Below, one piece after another: positions 39,037-50,045 of a stretch of 64,000 nucleotides of DNA; positions within the stretch are counted from its first letter, which is position 1; each line of letters opens with the position of its first letter. The stretch comes from Bdellovibrionales bacterium. GTDB lineage: Bacteria; Bdellovibrionota; Bdellovibrionia; Bdellovibrionales; JAUICD01. The notes under the pieces are model-generated. The model ran no database searches, was not told the DNA's origin, and saw only the letters and a program-made list of their open reading frames with translations. The position numbers and the translations under genes are program-made. The stretch is from assembly GCA_965197425.1 (NCBI GenBank), contig CBDANC010000014.1, positions 224,001 to 288,000 on the forward strand, read 5' to 3'.

Positions 39037-40923
39037 ATGGAAAAAAAAGATAAATGGACAACCCTAGACTCTAAATCCCTATACGGAATAGATGCGTGGG
39101 GTACCGGGTATTTTGATATCAATGAGAGTGGCAACTTGACAATTACCCCTAAAAAGCTAGCCCATGTTGATATGAAAAAGCTAGTAGATGAGTTAAAAGA
39201 AAGAGGTATCCGCATCCCAATTTTACTTAGAATAATGAATATTGTAGAAGACAGAATTAATTTAATAAACTCCTGTTTTAAAAGAGCAATAAATAGCTAT
39301 GGATACGAGAACAAATACCGTGGCGTCTATCCTATAAAAGTAAATCAACAAAAGCATCTAATAGAAAAAATTTTAGACATAGGCCATAACTACGATATGG
39401 GGCTTGAATGTGGAAGCAAACCAGAACTACTAGTAGCACTAGCTATGATGAGCAAAAAACAATCTTTGTTAGTATGCAATGGATTTAAAGATTATGAATA
39501 CATAGAAACAGCAATTCTCTCTACAAAGCTTGGATTTGAAACAATAATTGTAGTAGAGAGAATTTCTGAGCTAGATTTGGTCATTGAAATAGCTGAAAAT
39601 TTAAAGATCAAACCTTTGATAGGAGTAAGGGTAAGGCTGGAATCTCCAAGCGCTGGAAAATGGCAACAAACCACAGGAGTGGGATCAAAATTTGGATTAG
39701 ATGCTACTGGATTGGTGGAATGTGTATCCAAATTAAAGGATCACAATTTATTATCTCAGTTTAACCTACTACATTTTCATATAGGCTCACAGATACCATC
39801 TATTTATGCGATTAAAGCTGCACTTAAAGAAGGTGCTAGATTTTACACTGAGCTATCTAAGATGGGAGCCAGTTTGAAATACTTGGATGTAGGGGGAGGG
39901 CTTGGTGTTGACTACGATGGCACCGGTACCTCAGACTCTTCTGCTAATTATAGAGAGCAAGAGTATGCAAACGATGTTATATCTATTATTCAAAGTGAAT
40001 GTGACGAAAGAAATGTTCCACATCCTGTGATCATTTCAGAATCTGGTAGATCACTCACAGCTCATCATTCGGTTTTGGTATTTGATATATTAGGTGCATC
40101 TAAAAAACACCTCGCCCACGATATTACTATCGATTCAAAACACCCTCCTATAATACATGAATTAAAGGAAACTTTGGAACAGTTGTCTGAGAATAAAAAT
40201 TTGTCTGAATTTTTTAATGACCTAAGACAGTATAGAACAGATGTCTCGCAGCTATTTACCTATGGGGTATTAAATCTAGAACACAAGTGTGTAGCAGAAG
40301 GTTTTATAAAATCTATTAGCATAAAATTAATGGAACTTGCTAAGAAAAAAAATCTGAAGAATATCATATCTTCAATAGAAAAAGATTTGGTCTCTGTATA
40401 CTTTGCTAATTTTAGTGTGTTTCAGTCAGTACCAGATATTTGGGCTATAAAGCATGTATTTCCAGTTCTACCTATCCAGAGATTGGATGAAGAACCAAAC
40501 AACCAGACTATATTAGCAGATATCACTTGTGACTGTGATGGAAAAGTTGATTCATTTATACAAAATGGAGTTCACTCCCCTACATTAAAACTTCACGATT
40601 TAACAGATGACACATACTATGTTGGAATTTTTCTGATAGGTGCTTATCAAGAAATTTTAGGTGATCTCCATAACCTGTTCGGTAATACAGATGCAGTATC
40701 AATATCAATAGATAACAGTGGTTATCATGTAGAAGAAGTGGAATCTGGGGATACAGTTGGAGAAATACTAAGCTATATTCAGTACAACAGATCAGAATTA
40801 GTACAAAGAATGAGACAAGCAACAGAAAAAGGCATAAAGGAAAAATTAATTAGTGGTTCTGATGCAAAACTTTTAATGAGACATTATGAAGATGGTCTGT
40901 CCGGTTACTCATATCTAGAATAA
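39037..40923 (+). CDS. speA: biosynthetic arginine decarboxylase
   Basis: GVYPIKVNQ, GSKPEL, HFHIGSQI, DVGGGLGVDYDG, DITCDCDG. Confidence 0.96.
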   Translation: MEKKDKWTTLDSKSLYGIDAWGTGYFDINESGNLTITPKKLAHVDMKKLVDELKERGIRIPILLRIMNIVEDRINLINSCFKRAINSYGYENKYRGVYPIKVNQQKHLIEKILDIGHNYDMGLECGSKPELLVALAMMSKKQSLLVCNGFKDYEYIETAILSTKLGFETIIVVERISELDLVIEIAENLKIKPLIGVRVRLESPSAGKWQQTTGVGSKFGLDATGLVECVSKLKDHNLLSQFNLLHFHIGSQIPSIYAIKAALKEGARFYTELSKMGASLKYLDVGGGLGVDYDGTGTSDSSANYREQEYANDVISIIQSECDERNVPHPVIISESGRSLTAHHSVLVFDILGASKKHLAHDITIDSKHPPIIHELKETLEQLSENKNLSEFFNDLRQYRTDVSQLFTYGVLNLEHKCVAEGFIKSISIKLMELAKKKNLKNIISSIEKDLVSVYFANFSVFQSVPDIWAIKHVFPVLPIQRLDEEPNNQTILADITCDCDGKVDSFIQNGVHSPTLKLHDLTDDTYYVGIFLIGAYQEILGDLHNLFGNTDAVSISIDNSGYHVEEVESGDTVGEILSYIQYNRSELVQRMRQATEKGIKEKLISGSDAKLLMRHYEDGLSGYSYLE

Positions 40924-41016
40924 TACCGAAAAATACACCATATTATACTAACAAAGTATTGCTAATACTTTGGCTGAAGTGATAGCATTTTATAGAACTC
41001 AAATAGGATATAATAT

Positions 41017-42267
41017 ATGTCACTTGCCATTATTATAATAGCTCTATTATTTTTTGTAGGTCATGCTTTAAAATGGTTCTTTGCAGTAACAAAAGTACCT
41101 GATCTTCTAATCCTTTTAGGTATTGGTTTCGCAATAAAGATCTTCTTCAAAGATAACCTAGATGCCTTACAGGGAATTGGGCCAACACTCTCTACTATGG
41201 CCTTGATTGTGGTTTTGTATGGTGGTGGTCTATCTTTGAGAGCAAAAGATTTGTTGACCTCAAGTCTTCCTGCACTGGGCTTATCTATTGTGGGATTTTT
41301 TGCAACTTTCTCGTTTGCTTTCATAACAGCCATATTATGTGGCCAAGGAATTAACACTGCCCTACTACTTGGTGCTGCTATAGGCAGTACTTCCTCCGCT
41401 ATAGTGATACCAATCGTAAAACAGCTTAGTATATCTAATAATACTAAGGTGATCTTGTCGTTAGAATCTGCCTTTACTGATGTTTTAGCGATCGTGATCT
41501 TTTTAGTTTTGTTGGACGGAGCAACTATGGAAGGTGGTTTTGATATAAACAAACTTATCATGGGAATTGGACCGAATACTCTATTAGCTACTGGTTTTGG
41601 TGTTGGATTAGGAATTGTTTGGTCGTTTATAAAATGTAAGTTTGATTTTATATCTGATATAAACTTTTCTGGAGAAGCTTGGGCAATGCTATGTTACGGC
41701 TTTATGGAAGTTATGAATTATAATGGAGCTATTGGAGTTTTAGCACTAGGGTTTACTTTGGCAAACCTTGACCTTTCACCTAAATTTTTCCGAAAAATAT
41801 TAAGCAGAAATCCTGTTAGTAAAATGGATATGCACCTTCTAGATGAGGTTACTTTTTTATTAAAGACAGCATTTTTTGTTTTTTTAGGAACTCAAGTGCA
41901 GTTTAATAATCTACTCTACATAATAATTGCACTCTTTCTGAGTGTGGGAATTTTTGTAATAAGATATTTTGCAGTAGGATTTATGATGAACAAGGATAAA
42001 TACTCCAGAATTGATGCCATGGTTATAACTGCCATGGGCCCTAGGGGGTTGGCATGTGCTGTGTTGGCAACCCTACCGCTTCAAAGAGGCCTGACCGAGT
42101 CAGGAGAGTGGCTTCAAAATATAATCTTTGGCCTAATCCCTATTACTATAGTTTTTACAGCTATTCTGGTAATTTTATCTGAAAGAGAAAGGTTCAGAAA
42201 AATGCTCGATAAATTCTTTATGAAATATAGCAATAACACTATGCCTGAAACACATCAAAACTACTAG
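41017..42267 (+). CDS. cation:proton antiporter (CPA1/NhaP-like)
   Basis: About 12 TM helices, LESAFTD and MGPRGLA motifs. Confidence 0.85.
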   Translation: MSLAIIIIALLFFVGHALKWFFAVTKVPDLLILLGIGFAIKIFFKDNLDALQGIGPTLSTMALIVVLYGGGLSLRAKDLLTSSLPALGLSIVGFFATFSFAFITAILCGQGINTALLLGAAIGSTSSAIVIPIVKQLSISNNTKVILSLESAFTDVLAIVIFLVLLDGATMEGGFDINKLIMGIGPNTLLATGFGVGLGIVWSFIKCKFDFISDINFSGEAWAMLCYGFMEVMNYNGAIGVLALGFTLANLDLSPKFFRKILSRNPVSKMDMHLLDEVTFLLKTAFFVFLGTQVQFNNLLYIIIALFLSVGIFVIRYFAVGFMMNKDKYSRIDAMVITAMGPRGLACAVLATLPLQRGLTESGEWLQNIIFGLIPITIVFTAILVILSERERFRKMLDKFFMKYSNNTMPETHQNY

Positions 42268-42356
42268 GCCACCTCTTTTGTACCTAAAGAGGCTTCCTTG
42301 ATTACTTCAAAATTCTGTTGTAGGGTGACAAGAAGTTATATGCAAGAGGATAAGAT

Positions 42357-42551
42357 ATGACACCTAGTATTCCACAAATTTTAATAGTTTTAGCCATAAT
42401 TCTCATTATCTTTGGCCCTAAGAAAATACCAGGAATCGGAAAAGCCCTAGGCCAAGCTATAAGAGGATTTAAAAAAGGCATAACTGGAGAAGCGGAAGAA
42501 AAAGAAGAAAAGGAAGAAAAGGAAGAAAAAGAAGAAGACAATAAAAACTAA
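42357..42551 (+). CDS. tatA: twin-arginine translocase TatA
   Basis: TM-FGPKKIP-amphipathic helix GKALGQAIRGFK; EEK x4 tail. Confidence 0.92.
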   Translation: MTPSIPQILIVLAIILIIFGPKKIPGIGKALGQAIRGFKKGITGEAEEKEEKEEKEEKEEDNKN

Positions 42552-43402
42552 TTGCCTATATTAAAGTTAAATGGCTCGCCCCAATCTCCCGCTGGACTGC
42601 CGATACTCTCTCCATCAATTGATATAGATGTAATCCCTGCATTGTTTGTTACAAGTTCTATATTACTTCCTGTTATCGAAACCCTTTCACCTGTCTGTAA
42701 AGTTCTATTTACAGACTCAGCTCCATTTACAGAATAACTAATCTCCAGACCATCCAGAGCAACTATCTCAACAGTTCTTTCTATATTAGCTATAGCAGTT
42801 GTTGTAGTTGGCATAGTTGTGGTGGTTGTAGTTATTGTGGTAGTTGTAGTTGGTATAGTTGTATCGGAAACATCGATAGAAATACCTTCGTCTTCATTTA
42901 AAGTGTCGTCATCAATATCATCTGTACCTAAAACACTTGTAATAGTAGGAGAAATGGCAGGAGCGCTGGCCTCCTTACTATATTTATCAAACATTTGTTT
43001 TAAAAATATAAAGACCAAAACCAATACCAAAGTAGCAACAACAATTAAAACTTTTAAAGTGGTACTGTTTAATTTGTATTTTAAAATATTTTTATAGATC
43101 ATCTTAAAAATACTTAGGCTGTTGCCTTTTGTTGGAGATTCTATGTTTTTCTTAGGCTCATGTTTTGAAGATCCCATCTCTGAATCAAACCTACTTAGTA
43201 TTTTTTTTGAATCTAAATTTAAGCATCTGGCATAAGCACGTACAAAACCTCTAAGATAGGGTTTAGGCGGAAGTTTGGCTAAGTCACATTCCTCTATAGC
43301 CTTTAGAGTTGACGAACTTATTTTAGTTATACTAGCTATTTCAGAAAGAGAAATTTTCTGTTTTTCTCTTTCCTTTTTTAGTAAATCAATTGTCTTTTTC
43401 AT
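42548..43402 (-). CDS. rodZ: RodZ-like HTH membrane protein
   Basis: HTH with YLRGFVRAYA, TM, Thr-rich linker, C-terminal NNAG domain; follows pilF. Confidence 0.8.
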   Translation of the reverse strand: MKKTIDLLKKEREKQKISLSEIASITKISSSTLKAIEECDLAKLPPKPYLRGFVRAYARCLNLDSKKILSRFDSEMGSSKHEPKKNIESPTKGNSLSIFKMIYKNILKYKLNSTTLKVLIVVATLVLVLVFIFLKQMFDKYSKEASAPAISPTITSVLGTDDIDDDTLNEDEGISIDVSDTTIPTTTTTITTTTTTMPTTTTAIANIERTVEIVALDGLEISYSVNGAESVNRTLQTGERVSITGSNIELVTNNAGITSISIDGESIGSPAGDWGEPFNFNIGN

Positions 43403-43409
43403 AAAGCGC

Positions 43410-44177
43410 CTAAAAAGTTTTAGTTTTGTTCTTTTTCTTATTAGATTTTGATTTCATCCGATTTAGAATTTTTGCACTAGCTTTCCTGTGTTTGCTATTA
43501 GGGTAGTTTTTAATTAGGTTTCTTAAAAATCTTCTGGATGCTCTATTGTTGCCAGACTTATAATAGCTTAAACCTCCATAGTACAAAGCATCATCAAATA
43601 CACTACACATGCTAATGTACAAATCAATGGAACGAGAGGTTTCTTTAAAGTTTTTAATATTATATTGTGCAATGGCATAGTTATACCAAGCAGGACAGTA
43701 CTTATTATTTAGCTCTATTGCCTTTCTAAATTCTAATATTGCCTTATCCAGTTTTCCTTGCCTATAGTGCATGAGACCTAGATAATCATGTGCCTGCTCA
43801 GGTAAACGAAATTTCAGATCATCCACGACCTCTTTCAGTAACGAATGAGCTAGCTTATATTTTTTCACCTCTATGTAAGTTCTAGCAAGGTTACTTTTAG
43901 CAGCTGAATAATCAGGATTTAACTTGATAGCTTTCTTCAAAAAGACTATGGACTGACGGTATCTTTTCCTGTGGTAACAAACAACTCCCAGGTTGTTGTA
44001 TATTTCTGGGTTATCAGGGTCTAGAGTTTTGGCGTTTTGAAGTTCCCTATAAGCTTCTGGATAGTTTCTTACTTGTAGAAAACCAATTCCTATTTGTGTA
44101 TGAATTTCTGATAAATTTTTTGTGCTAACAGTACTACAACCTGTTAGCATAAAAAATAAAATCAGCTTTTTCACCAT
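43410..44177 (-). CDS. pilF: TPR lipoprotein, PilF/Tgl-like pilotin
   Basis: Lipobox LTGC, multiple TPRs, ndk...rodZ synteny. Confidence 0.7.
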   Translation of the reverse strand: MVKKLILFFMLTGCSTVSTKNLSEIHTQIGIGFLQVRNYPEAYRELQNAKTLDPDNPEIYNNLGVVCYHRKRYRQSIVFLKKAIKLNPDYSAAKSNLARTYIEVKKYKLAHSLLKEVVDDLKFRLPEQAHDYLGLMHYRQGKLDKAILEFRKAIELNNKYCPAWYNYAIAQYNIKNFKETSRSIDLYISMCSVFDDALYYGGLSYYKSGNNRASRRFLRNLIKNYPNSKHRKASAKILNRMKSKSNKKKNKTKTF

Positions 44178-44196
44178 AATACCTCTAGAAATAAAA

Positions 44197-44598
44197 TCAA
44201 TTAAAGAAAAAATCAATCTCCCTTTTTGCACTTGTCAAGCTATCGCTTCCATGAACGGCGTTTTTACCAATACTTTCCCCAAATAGTTTTCTTATAGTGC
44301 CGTTAGCTGCTTTACCTGGATCTGTATCTCCCATAATATCTCTATTTTTCTTCACAGCATTTTCCCCCCTCAAAACCATAAGCATTACTGGAGCTAAGGT
44401 AACAAATTCTACCAATTCTCCGTAAAATGGCCTTGCTTTATGCTCTTCATAGAAAGTTTCACAAGTTTTTTTGTCCAGATGTTCCATCCTAGCAGCCACA
44501 ACTCTTAAGCCATTTTCTTCAAATTTATTTATAATAGCACCAATATTATTCATGGCATTTGGCTTAATCATACTAAATGTTTCTTCCACTTCTTGCAT
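44197..44598 (-). CDS. ndk: nucleoside diphosphate kinase
   Basis: TFSMIKP, GTIR, NAVHGSDS. Confidence 0.96.
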   Translation of the reverse strand: MQEVEETFSMIKPNAMNNIGAIINKFEENGLRVVAARMEHLDKKTCETFYEEHKARPFYGELVEFVTLAPVMLMVLRGENAVKKNRDIMGDTDPGKAANGTIRKLFGESIGKNAVHGSDSLTSAKREIDFFFN

Positions 44599-44637
44599 CT
44601 CCTGTTTACCACTCTCATTTTCTACTCTTATACTAAA

Positions 44638-45504
44638 CTAAATCACATCCTTTAGAGTTTGGCCAAGTAAAGCAGGGCTTTTTGCAATATGGCAACCCGC
44701 ACTTTTTAATGCTTCGAATTTATCTTGGGCAAGTCCCTTTCCACCACTTACAATAGCACCAGCATGACCCATTGTCTTACCAGCTGGAGCAGATATACCA
44801 GCTATAAATGCCACGACTGGTTTTTTTACTTCCGATTTTATAAAACTAGCAGCTTCTTCTTCAGCACTCCCTCCAATTTCACCTATCATAATAATTGCTT
44901 CAGTACCCTTGTCAGCATTAAACATCTCTAGTACATCAATAAAATTGGTGCCATTTATTGGATCTCCACCAATTCCAACACAAGTTGACTGACCCATTCC
45001 AACATTAGAAACCTGCCATACAGCTTCATATGTCAGAGTACCAGATCTTGATAAAATACCAATCTTACCAGGAGAATGAATTGCTCCAGGCATTATGCCA
45101 ATTTTGCACTCACCAGGAGTAATTACACCGGGACAATTTGGGCCTACTAATCTAGTATTTTTTCCCTTTAAAAAATTCTTAACCCTGGCCATGTCCATAA
45201 CAGGAATACCCTCTGTTATACAAACCACAAGTTCAATCCCAGCATCACAAGCTTCCATAATTGCATCTGCAGCAAAAGGAGGTGGTACATAGATCATACT
45301 GGCAGTTGCTTTGGTTTTTTTCACCGCTTCATAAACCGTATTAAATACTGGAAGCCCTAAATGAGTAGTTCCTCCCTTTTTAGGAGTGACACCACCTACT
45401 AATTTTGTACCATAATCTAAAGCACCTTTTGAATGGAAAGTTCCATGATTACCAGTAAATCCCTGACAAATAACCTTTGTATTTTTATCAACTAATATAG
45501 ACAC
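44638..45504 (-). CDS. sucD: succinate-CoA ligase alpha subunit
   Basis: [21 protein letters not shown]. Confidence 0.97.
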   Translation of the reverse strand: MSILVDKNTKVICQGFTGNHGTFHSKGALDYGTKLVGGVTPKKGGTTHLGLPVFNTVYEAVKKTKATASMIYVPPPFAADAIMEACDAGIELVVCITEGIPVMDMARVKNFLKGKNTRLVGPNCPGVITPGECKIGIMPGAIHSPGKIGILSRSGTLTYEAVWQVSNVGMGQSTCVGIGGDPINGTNFIDVLEMFNADKGTEAIIMIGEIGGSAEEEAASFIKSEVKKPVVAFIAGISAPAGKTMGHAGAIVSGGKGLAQDKFEALKSAGCHIAKSPALLGQTLKDVI

Positions 45505-46670
45505 TATTTTTCTCCCAAAGCCTTTACAACCCTCAAAGCTGCGTCTTCTAAATCTGTAGCTGCTATTATCTTCAAACCACTTTCATTTAATAATTTTTTC
45601 CCCTCTTCGACATTGTTACCCTCAAGCCTTACAACAAGTGGGACGGTTAACTTCAAAGCCTTGCTCGCAGCAATAATTCCGTTGGCAATGATGTCACATT
45701 TCATAATGCCACCAAAGATATTTACCAAAATTGCTTTTACATTTTTGTCCTGCAAAATTAACTTAAAGCCTTGTTCAACTTTTTTGCTGTCAGCACCACC
45801 ACCTACATCTAAAAAATTAGCAGGATTACCTCCATGAAGTTTTATAATATCCATAGTACCCATAGCCAGACCTGCACCATTCACAAGACACCCAATGTTT
45901 CCATCCAACTTAATGAAAGCTAAGCCATGTTTGCTTGCCTCTAACTCTGTGGGATCCTCTTCAGTCACATCTCTTAATTCAGAAATATCCTTGTGCCTGT
46001 ACAGAGCATTGGAATCAAAGCTCATCTTGGCATCCAATGCTATAATTTTGTTAGAAGAATTTAAAACTAGAGGATTTATCTCTAAAAGTGAGCAGTCTTT
46101 TTGGACAAAAAGATCATACAAACTCATAAAACACTTAGCAGCCTCGTTTATTGCAACATTTGGAATACCTATAAGAAAAGCTACTTTTCTGGCTTGAAAA
46201 GGGCAGATTCCAACATTTATATCTATGTCTATTGTATGGATCAAATCAGGAGTATTACTGGATACATCCTCTATATCCATCCCTCCTTCAGAAGAAGCGA
46301 TCAGACTAATACCATCATTTTCTCTGTTTATTACAAATCCTATATAAAATTCTTTTTTAATATCGCAACCCAATTCTATAAGAACATGGTTTACCTTTTT
46401 CCCTTCTTTAGAGGTTTGATGTGTTACCAAATTCATGCCCAATATTTCTTTTGATACATCATAGACTTCTTGAAGTGACTTAGCGATTTTTACTCCACCA
46501 CCTTTTCCTCTGCCACCTGCATGAATTTGAGCTTTTACAACCCACACATCACCTCCGATTTCCTCCGCTATTTTTTTTGACTCATCAGGCGAGTTTGAGA
46601 CTTTTCCAGACAATGTAGGTATACCAAATTGCTTTAATAGTCCCTTTGCTTGATATTCATGTATATTCAT
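45504..46670 (-). CDS. sucC: succinate-CoA ligase beta subunit
   Basis: [34 protein letters not shown]. Confidence 0.97.
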   Translation of the reverse strand: MNIHEYQAKGLLKQFGIPTLSGKVSNSPDESKKIAEEIGGDVWVVKAQIHAGGRGKGGGVKIAKSLQEVYDVSKEILGMNLVTHQTSKEGKKVNHVLIELGCDIKKEFYIGFVINRENDGISLIASSEGGMDIEDVSSNTPDLIHTIDIDINVGICPFQARKVAFLIGIPNVAINEAAKCFMSLYDLFVQKDCSLLEINPLVLNSSNKIIALDAKMSFDSNALYRHKDISELRDVTEEDPTELEASKHGLAFIKLDGNIGCLVNGAGLAMGTMDIIKLHGGNPANFLDVGGGADSKKVEQGFKLILQDKNVKAILVNIFGGIMKCDIIANGIIAASKALKLTVPLVVRLEGNNVEEGKKLLNESGLKIIAATDLEDAALRVVKALGEK

Positions 46671-46686
46671 AATTAATCCTGTAATT

Positions 46687-47625
46687 TTAGTTTAGTTTTG
46701 AAATTAAATCTTTAACCGTATCGATCGATCGGTTTAGATTTTCAAGCTCTTCTTTGTTTAGGTCGATTTCTACTACCTCTTCGAGCCCATTTTTGCCCAG
46801 CTTACACAAGACACCTAAAAAAATTCCATTAACTCCATATTCACCCTCTAGATAAGCAGCACATGGTAAAATTCGTTTTTGATCTTTTAAGATAGCTTCT
46901 GCCATTTGAACTGCACTAGCAGAAGGGGCATAGTAGGCAGATCCAGTTTTTAATAAACCAACAATCTCAGCCCCACCTTTTCTGGTCCTCTCTACCAACG
47001 AATCAACTGTTTTGCTATCTAAATACTCTAAAAGAGGTACACCTCCTATCGAACAGTGTCTAGGCATAGGAACCATTGTATCTCCATGCCCTCCCAACAC
47101 AAATGCCTGTACATCCTTTACAGATACATTGGCTTCCATAGATATGAAACTTCTAAACCTTGCACTATCTAAAACACCAGCCATTCCTATTATTCTGTTT
47201 CTAGTAAAACCCAACTCTTGCTTAGCAACATAGGCCATTGCATCCAACGGATTGGAAACAACTATCACCATACAATCAGGACTATATTCTTTAATACCCT
47301 TACAAACATCCTTCATTATTTGAGCATTTTTCTTTAATAGATCATCTCTTGTCATACCAGGTTTTCTTGCAAGGCCTGCAGTAATGATCACAACATTAGA
47401 TCCTTCAGTATCTTTGTAATCTTTAGTCCCTTCTACCACCGCATCAAAACCACAAACTGGAGATGATTCAAATAAATCCAAGGCTTTGCCCTTAGCAGAA
47501 CCCTCATCTATATCCAATAAAACTATGTCCCCTAACTCTTTTTGACTGGCCCAATGAGCGCAAGTCGAGCCAACAAAACCACTTCCAACTATGGTTATCT
47601 TCTTTCTAGTGTTGTCAAAACCCAA
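46687..47625 (-). CDS. mdh: malate dehydrogenase (LDH-like)
   Basis: [27 protein letters not shown]. Confidence 0.96.
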   Translation of the reverse strand: MGFDNTRKKITIVGSGFVGSTCAHWASQKELGDIVLLDIDEGSAKGKALDLFESSPVCGFDAVVEGTKDYKDTEGSNVVIITAGLARKPGMTRDDLLKKNAQIMKDVCKGIKEYSPDCMVIVVSNPLDAMAYVAKQELGFTRNRIIGMAGVLDSARFRSFISMEANVSVKDVQAFVLGGHGDTMVPMPRHCSIGGVPLLEYLDSKTVDSLVERTRKGGAEIVGLLKTGSAYYAPSASAVQMAEAILKDQKRILPCAAYLEGEYGVNGIFLGVLCKLGKNGLEEVVEIDLNKEELENLNRSIDTVKDLISKLN

Positions 47626-47936
47626 ATTTTAACCCCAAATTGTTCCTAAAAAGCTATTTCAAAAAGGCATATTAGTAAAGACATTGTCCATGCCACCTGC
47701 TGTCATTAAGTTTAATTGTTTCAATAAAAAGAATAGGTTATCTAAGCAGAGCACGGTCTAACATCATCGAAAGATGATCACCAAACATAGCAAAAATGAT
47801 CTCTTAACTGTATATTTTATTCTGTAGAGTTTACTGAAACTGGTATTTTTTATTATTAAAAATTTTAATACCTTCTATACATCAAGATTATAAGTTTTTT
47901 AACAGATCTGTTGCACAAAAACGTCATGCTTCGAAT

Positions 47937-47972
47937 AAAAGAGGCAAGCCTTTCAAAGCTTGCCTCTTTTTT
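47937..47972. terminator. intrinsic terminator after the histone-like gene
   Basis: AAAAGAGGCAAGC/GCTTGCCTCTTTT 13-bp stem with A/T tails. Confidence 0.8.
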
Positions 47973-47989
47973 AGAAAACTACTTTAAAC

Positions 47990-48349
47990 TTACTTCTTCT
48001 TTCTTCTTACTTTTCTTTTTGTAGCCTTTCTTTTTGTAGTTCTTCTCTTTGTAGCTTTTCTCTTCGTGACTTTCCTCTTTGTAGCTTTCCTCTTCGTGGC
48101 TTTCCGTTTTGTAGCCTTTTTCTTCGTCTTTCTCTTAGCTACTTTTCTTTTGGCTGTTTTTCTTTTTGTAGCCTTTCTTTTTGTAGTTCTTCTCTTTGTA
48201 GCCTTTCTTTTTGTAGTTCTTCTCTTTGTAGCTTTTCTCTTTGTTGTTTTTCTTTTAGCTACTTTTCTTCTTGTAACTTTTTTCTTCGTCTTTCTCTTCG
48301 TGGCTTTCCTTGCCGTAGCTTTCTTCTTCGTTTTTCTTCTTACTGCCAT
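47990..48349 (-). CDS. histone H1-like (Hc2-like) Lys/Arg pentapeptide-repeat protein
   Basis: GGAGGG RBS; about 20 KRKAT/KRRTT units (15-bp repeats); own terminator. Confidence 0.8.
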   Translation of the reverse strand: MAVRRKTKKKATARKATKRKTKKKVTRRKVAKRKTTKRKATKRRTTKRKATKRRTTKRKATKRKTAKRKVAKRKTKKKATKRKATKRKATKRKVTKRKATKRRTTKRKATKRKVRRKKK

Positions 48350-48501
48350 AGTTATCCCTCCTGGTAGGCTTTTACGGTGTAATTGAACTTCGTACTCTCA
48401 TATTTAAGAATACCTGTATGCAATTGATCGTCAACTAAAAGTTGTGTTTTTTTCTAATTTTTTTTATATTTTCTAGATCGAGAATAAGTTTTTGGAGTTT
48501 T

Positions 48502-49241
48502 ATGACATTCTTGGAAGCAATATTTGTGTTTTTTGGTATGGTAACTATCGTTCGTAATGTTTATGTCCTATTGTTAACTCACTACAAATACCATAATAAT
48601 GTAAAGTATTTTGCATTGTCGGTACTATTTTTGATTTTATCGGTATTATTTGCTCTAGAAAAAGGCTTTGTCCTGTTTTCTATACTTGTTGCTTTTTCTT
48701 TTATACTTCCACCATTGTCTAGGTATTTATCAGAAAATAAAACCAAAACAATGTTTGTGAATTGTTTGGATATCATTATTTTGAAAATGAAATCTGGACA
48801 ATCTTTCTTCCAATGCCTTCAAAGAAGCATGCTCCAATAGCGATCCATTTATAAAGCAAAAACTTTTGAATATATGGAATATCTTAGGAATATTGGGACT
48901 ATAGTAAGAGTTTGAATTTAAAAGGTTTTGATAAAGAGGTGGTATTTGAGGTTTCGTAGTATTATGAACTCATCCTCACATTATTTAAACCAACTATCTG
49001 GATTTCGAGATGAACTTAGGCTCAGAATAAGATTTCAGAATAAAACTAACAAAATGTCCCTTCAAACTCGCATGCAAAGTGTTGTTTTGATTCATTATAT
49101 ATATAGTAATTTCAATTATAGTTTCCAATGCATATGGTTTTGATGTGGTTAAACCCTGGTTAGTTGTATCCTTACCTCTAATGTCAGTAGGTATTTATTG
49201 GTTGGTTTCTATACCTAGGAGGTTTAAATTGGAAAATTTAG
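48502..49241 (+). pseudogene. TadB-like (T2SS F family) membrane protein with several frameshifts
   Basis: Fragments LDIIILKMKSGQS, RFQNKTNKMSLQTRMQSVVL and terminal TMs lie in different frames. Confidence 0.5.
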
Positions 49242-49653
49242 CTCCACCAATGAGTTGTATTATTGTGTATCGAAAAAGCGTTTTTTGGAGGGTAAAACCC
49301 TAAAAACTGGGCTCAGGGAATATATCGAGCATTCAGATGACAGTTTTAAAGATGAAATTCAAGAGTTATTAAAGAACTTTATGATAGGTGAGAAAGCCCA
49401 CAATCATAGGTCAAAGAGTATATATAGAACTGCTGTTAAAGAATTAATTTGGTCTGGTTTGAATGGAAACAGCATTGGAAAAGAACTTAGTGCATTAAAA
49501 GAAGAAACAGAATTAGCCTGTAAAGTAGAGTTGGATTCATTTATTGAATCCATACCTTTTAGATCTATGATTCCCCTATTACTCTTTCAATTCCCTTCGT
49601 TTTTACTTATTTTGATGGGCCCACTTATCACCAAAATATCGGAGTCATTATGA
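49229..49653 (+). pseudogene. short TadC-like (T2SS F family) protein with frameshifted 5' end
   Basis: ENLAPP start in another frame; C-terminal IPLLLFQFPSFLLILMGPLI parallels the TadC C-terminus at 61655. Confidence 0.5.
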
Positions 49654-50045
49654 TATTATCAGTAATAATTGCCCTATCTTTGGAAGGACATATATATAAT
49701 GACATAATCAAAACTAAATCCAAAGAAGAGCTAGGCAGTCTGATAGAAGTATTAGAAAAAGGCAACCTTTATAAAACAGGCTGTATTGCGGAATTAGCAA
49801 AAAATCAATTTCCAACAAATTGTATACATTTTTTAAAGATAATAGAATCATCCAAATATAAAGACAAACTTGGAACTAAAAAAGCCAAAAGTGAAATAAA
49901 AAGCTACTGTGCTAAAAAAGACCTTGTTTTTAAGCTTGAAGGTGGTTCAGATTTAGATGACAGTTTTAAAAAAGAATATCCAAAATGTTTTGAAAGGTAC
50001 TCCGAAAAGCTAATGGATATTAAATACAAAAAATCAAAGAACTAA
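49650..50045 (+). CDS. hypothetical exported protein (4 Cys)
   Basis: 131-aa ORF overlapping both neighbours. Confidence 0.55.
   Translation: MILSVIIALSLEGHIYNDIIKTKSKEELGSLIEVLEKGNLYKTGCIAELAKNQFPTNCIHFLKIIESSKYKDKLGTKKAKSEIKSYCAKKDLVFKLEGGSDLDDSFKKEYPKCFERYSEKLMDIKYKKSKN

Noticed and set aside
48066..48386. Hydrophobic repeat ORF on the + strand (FLFVA repeats)
   Set aside because: Antisense shadow of the histone-like gene, which has the RBS and terminator.
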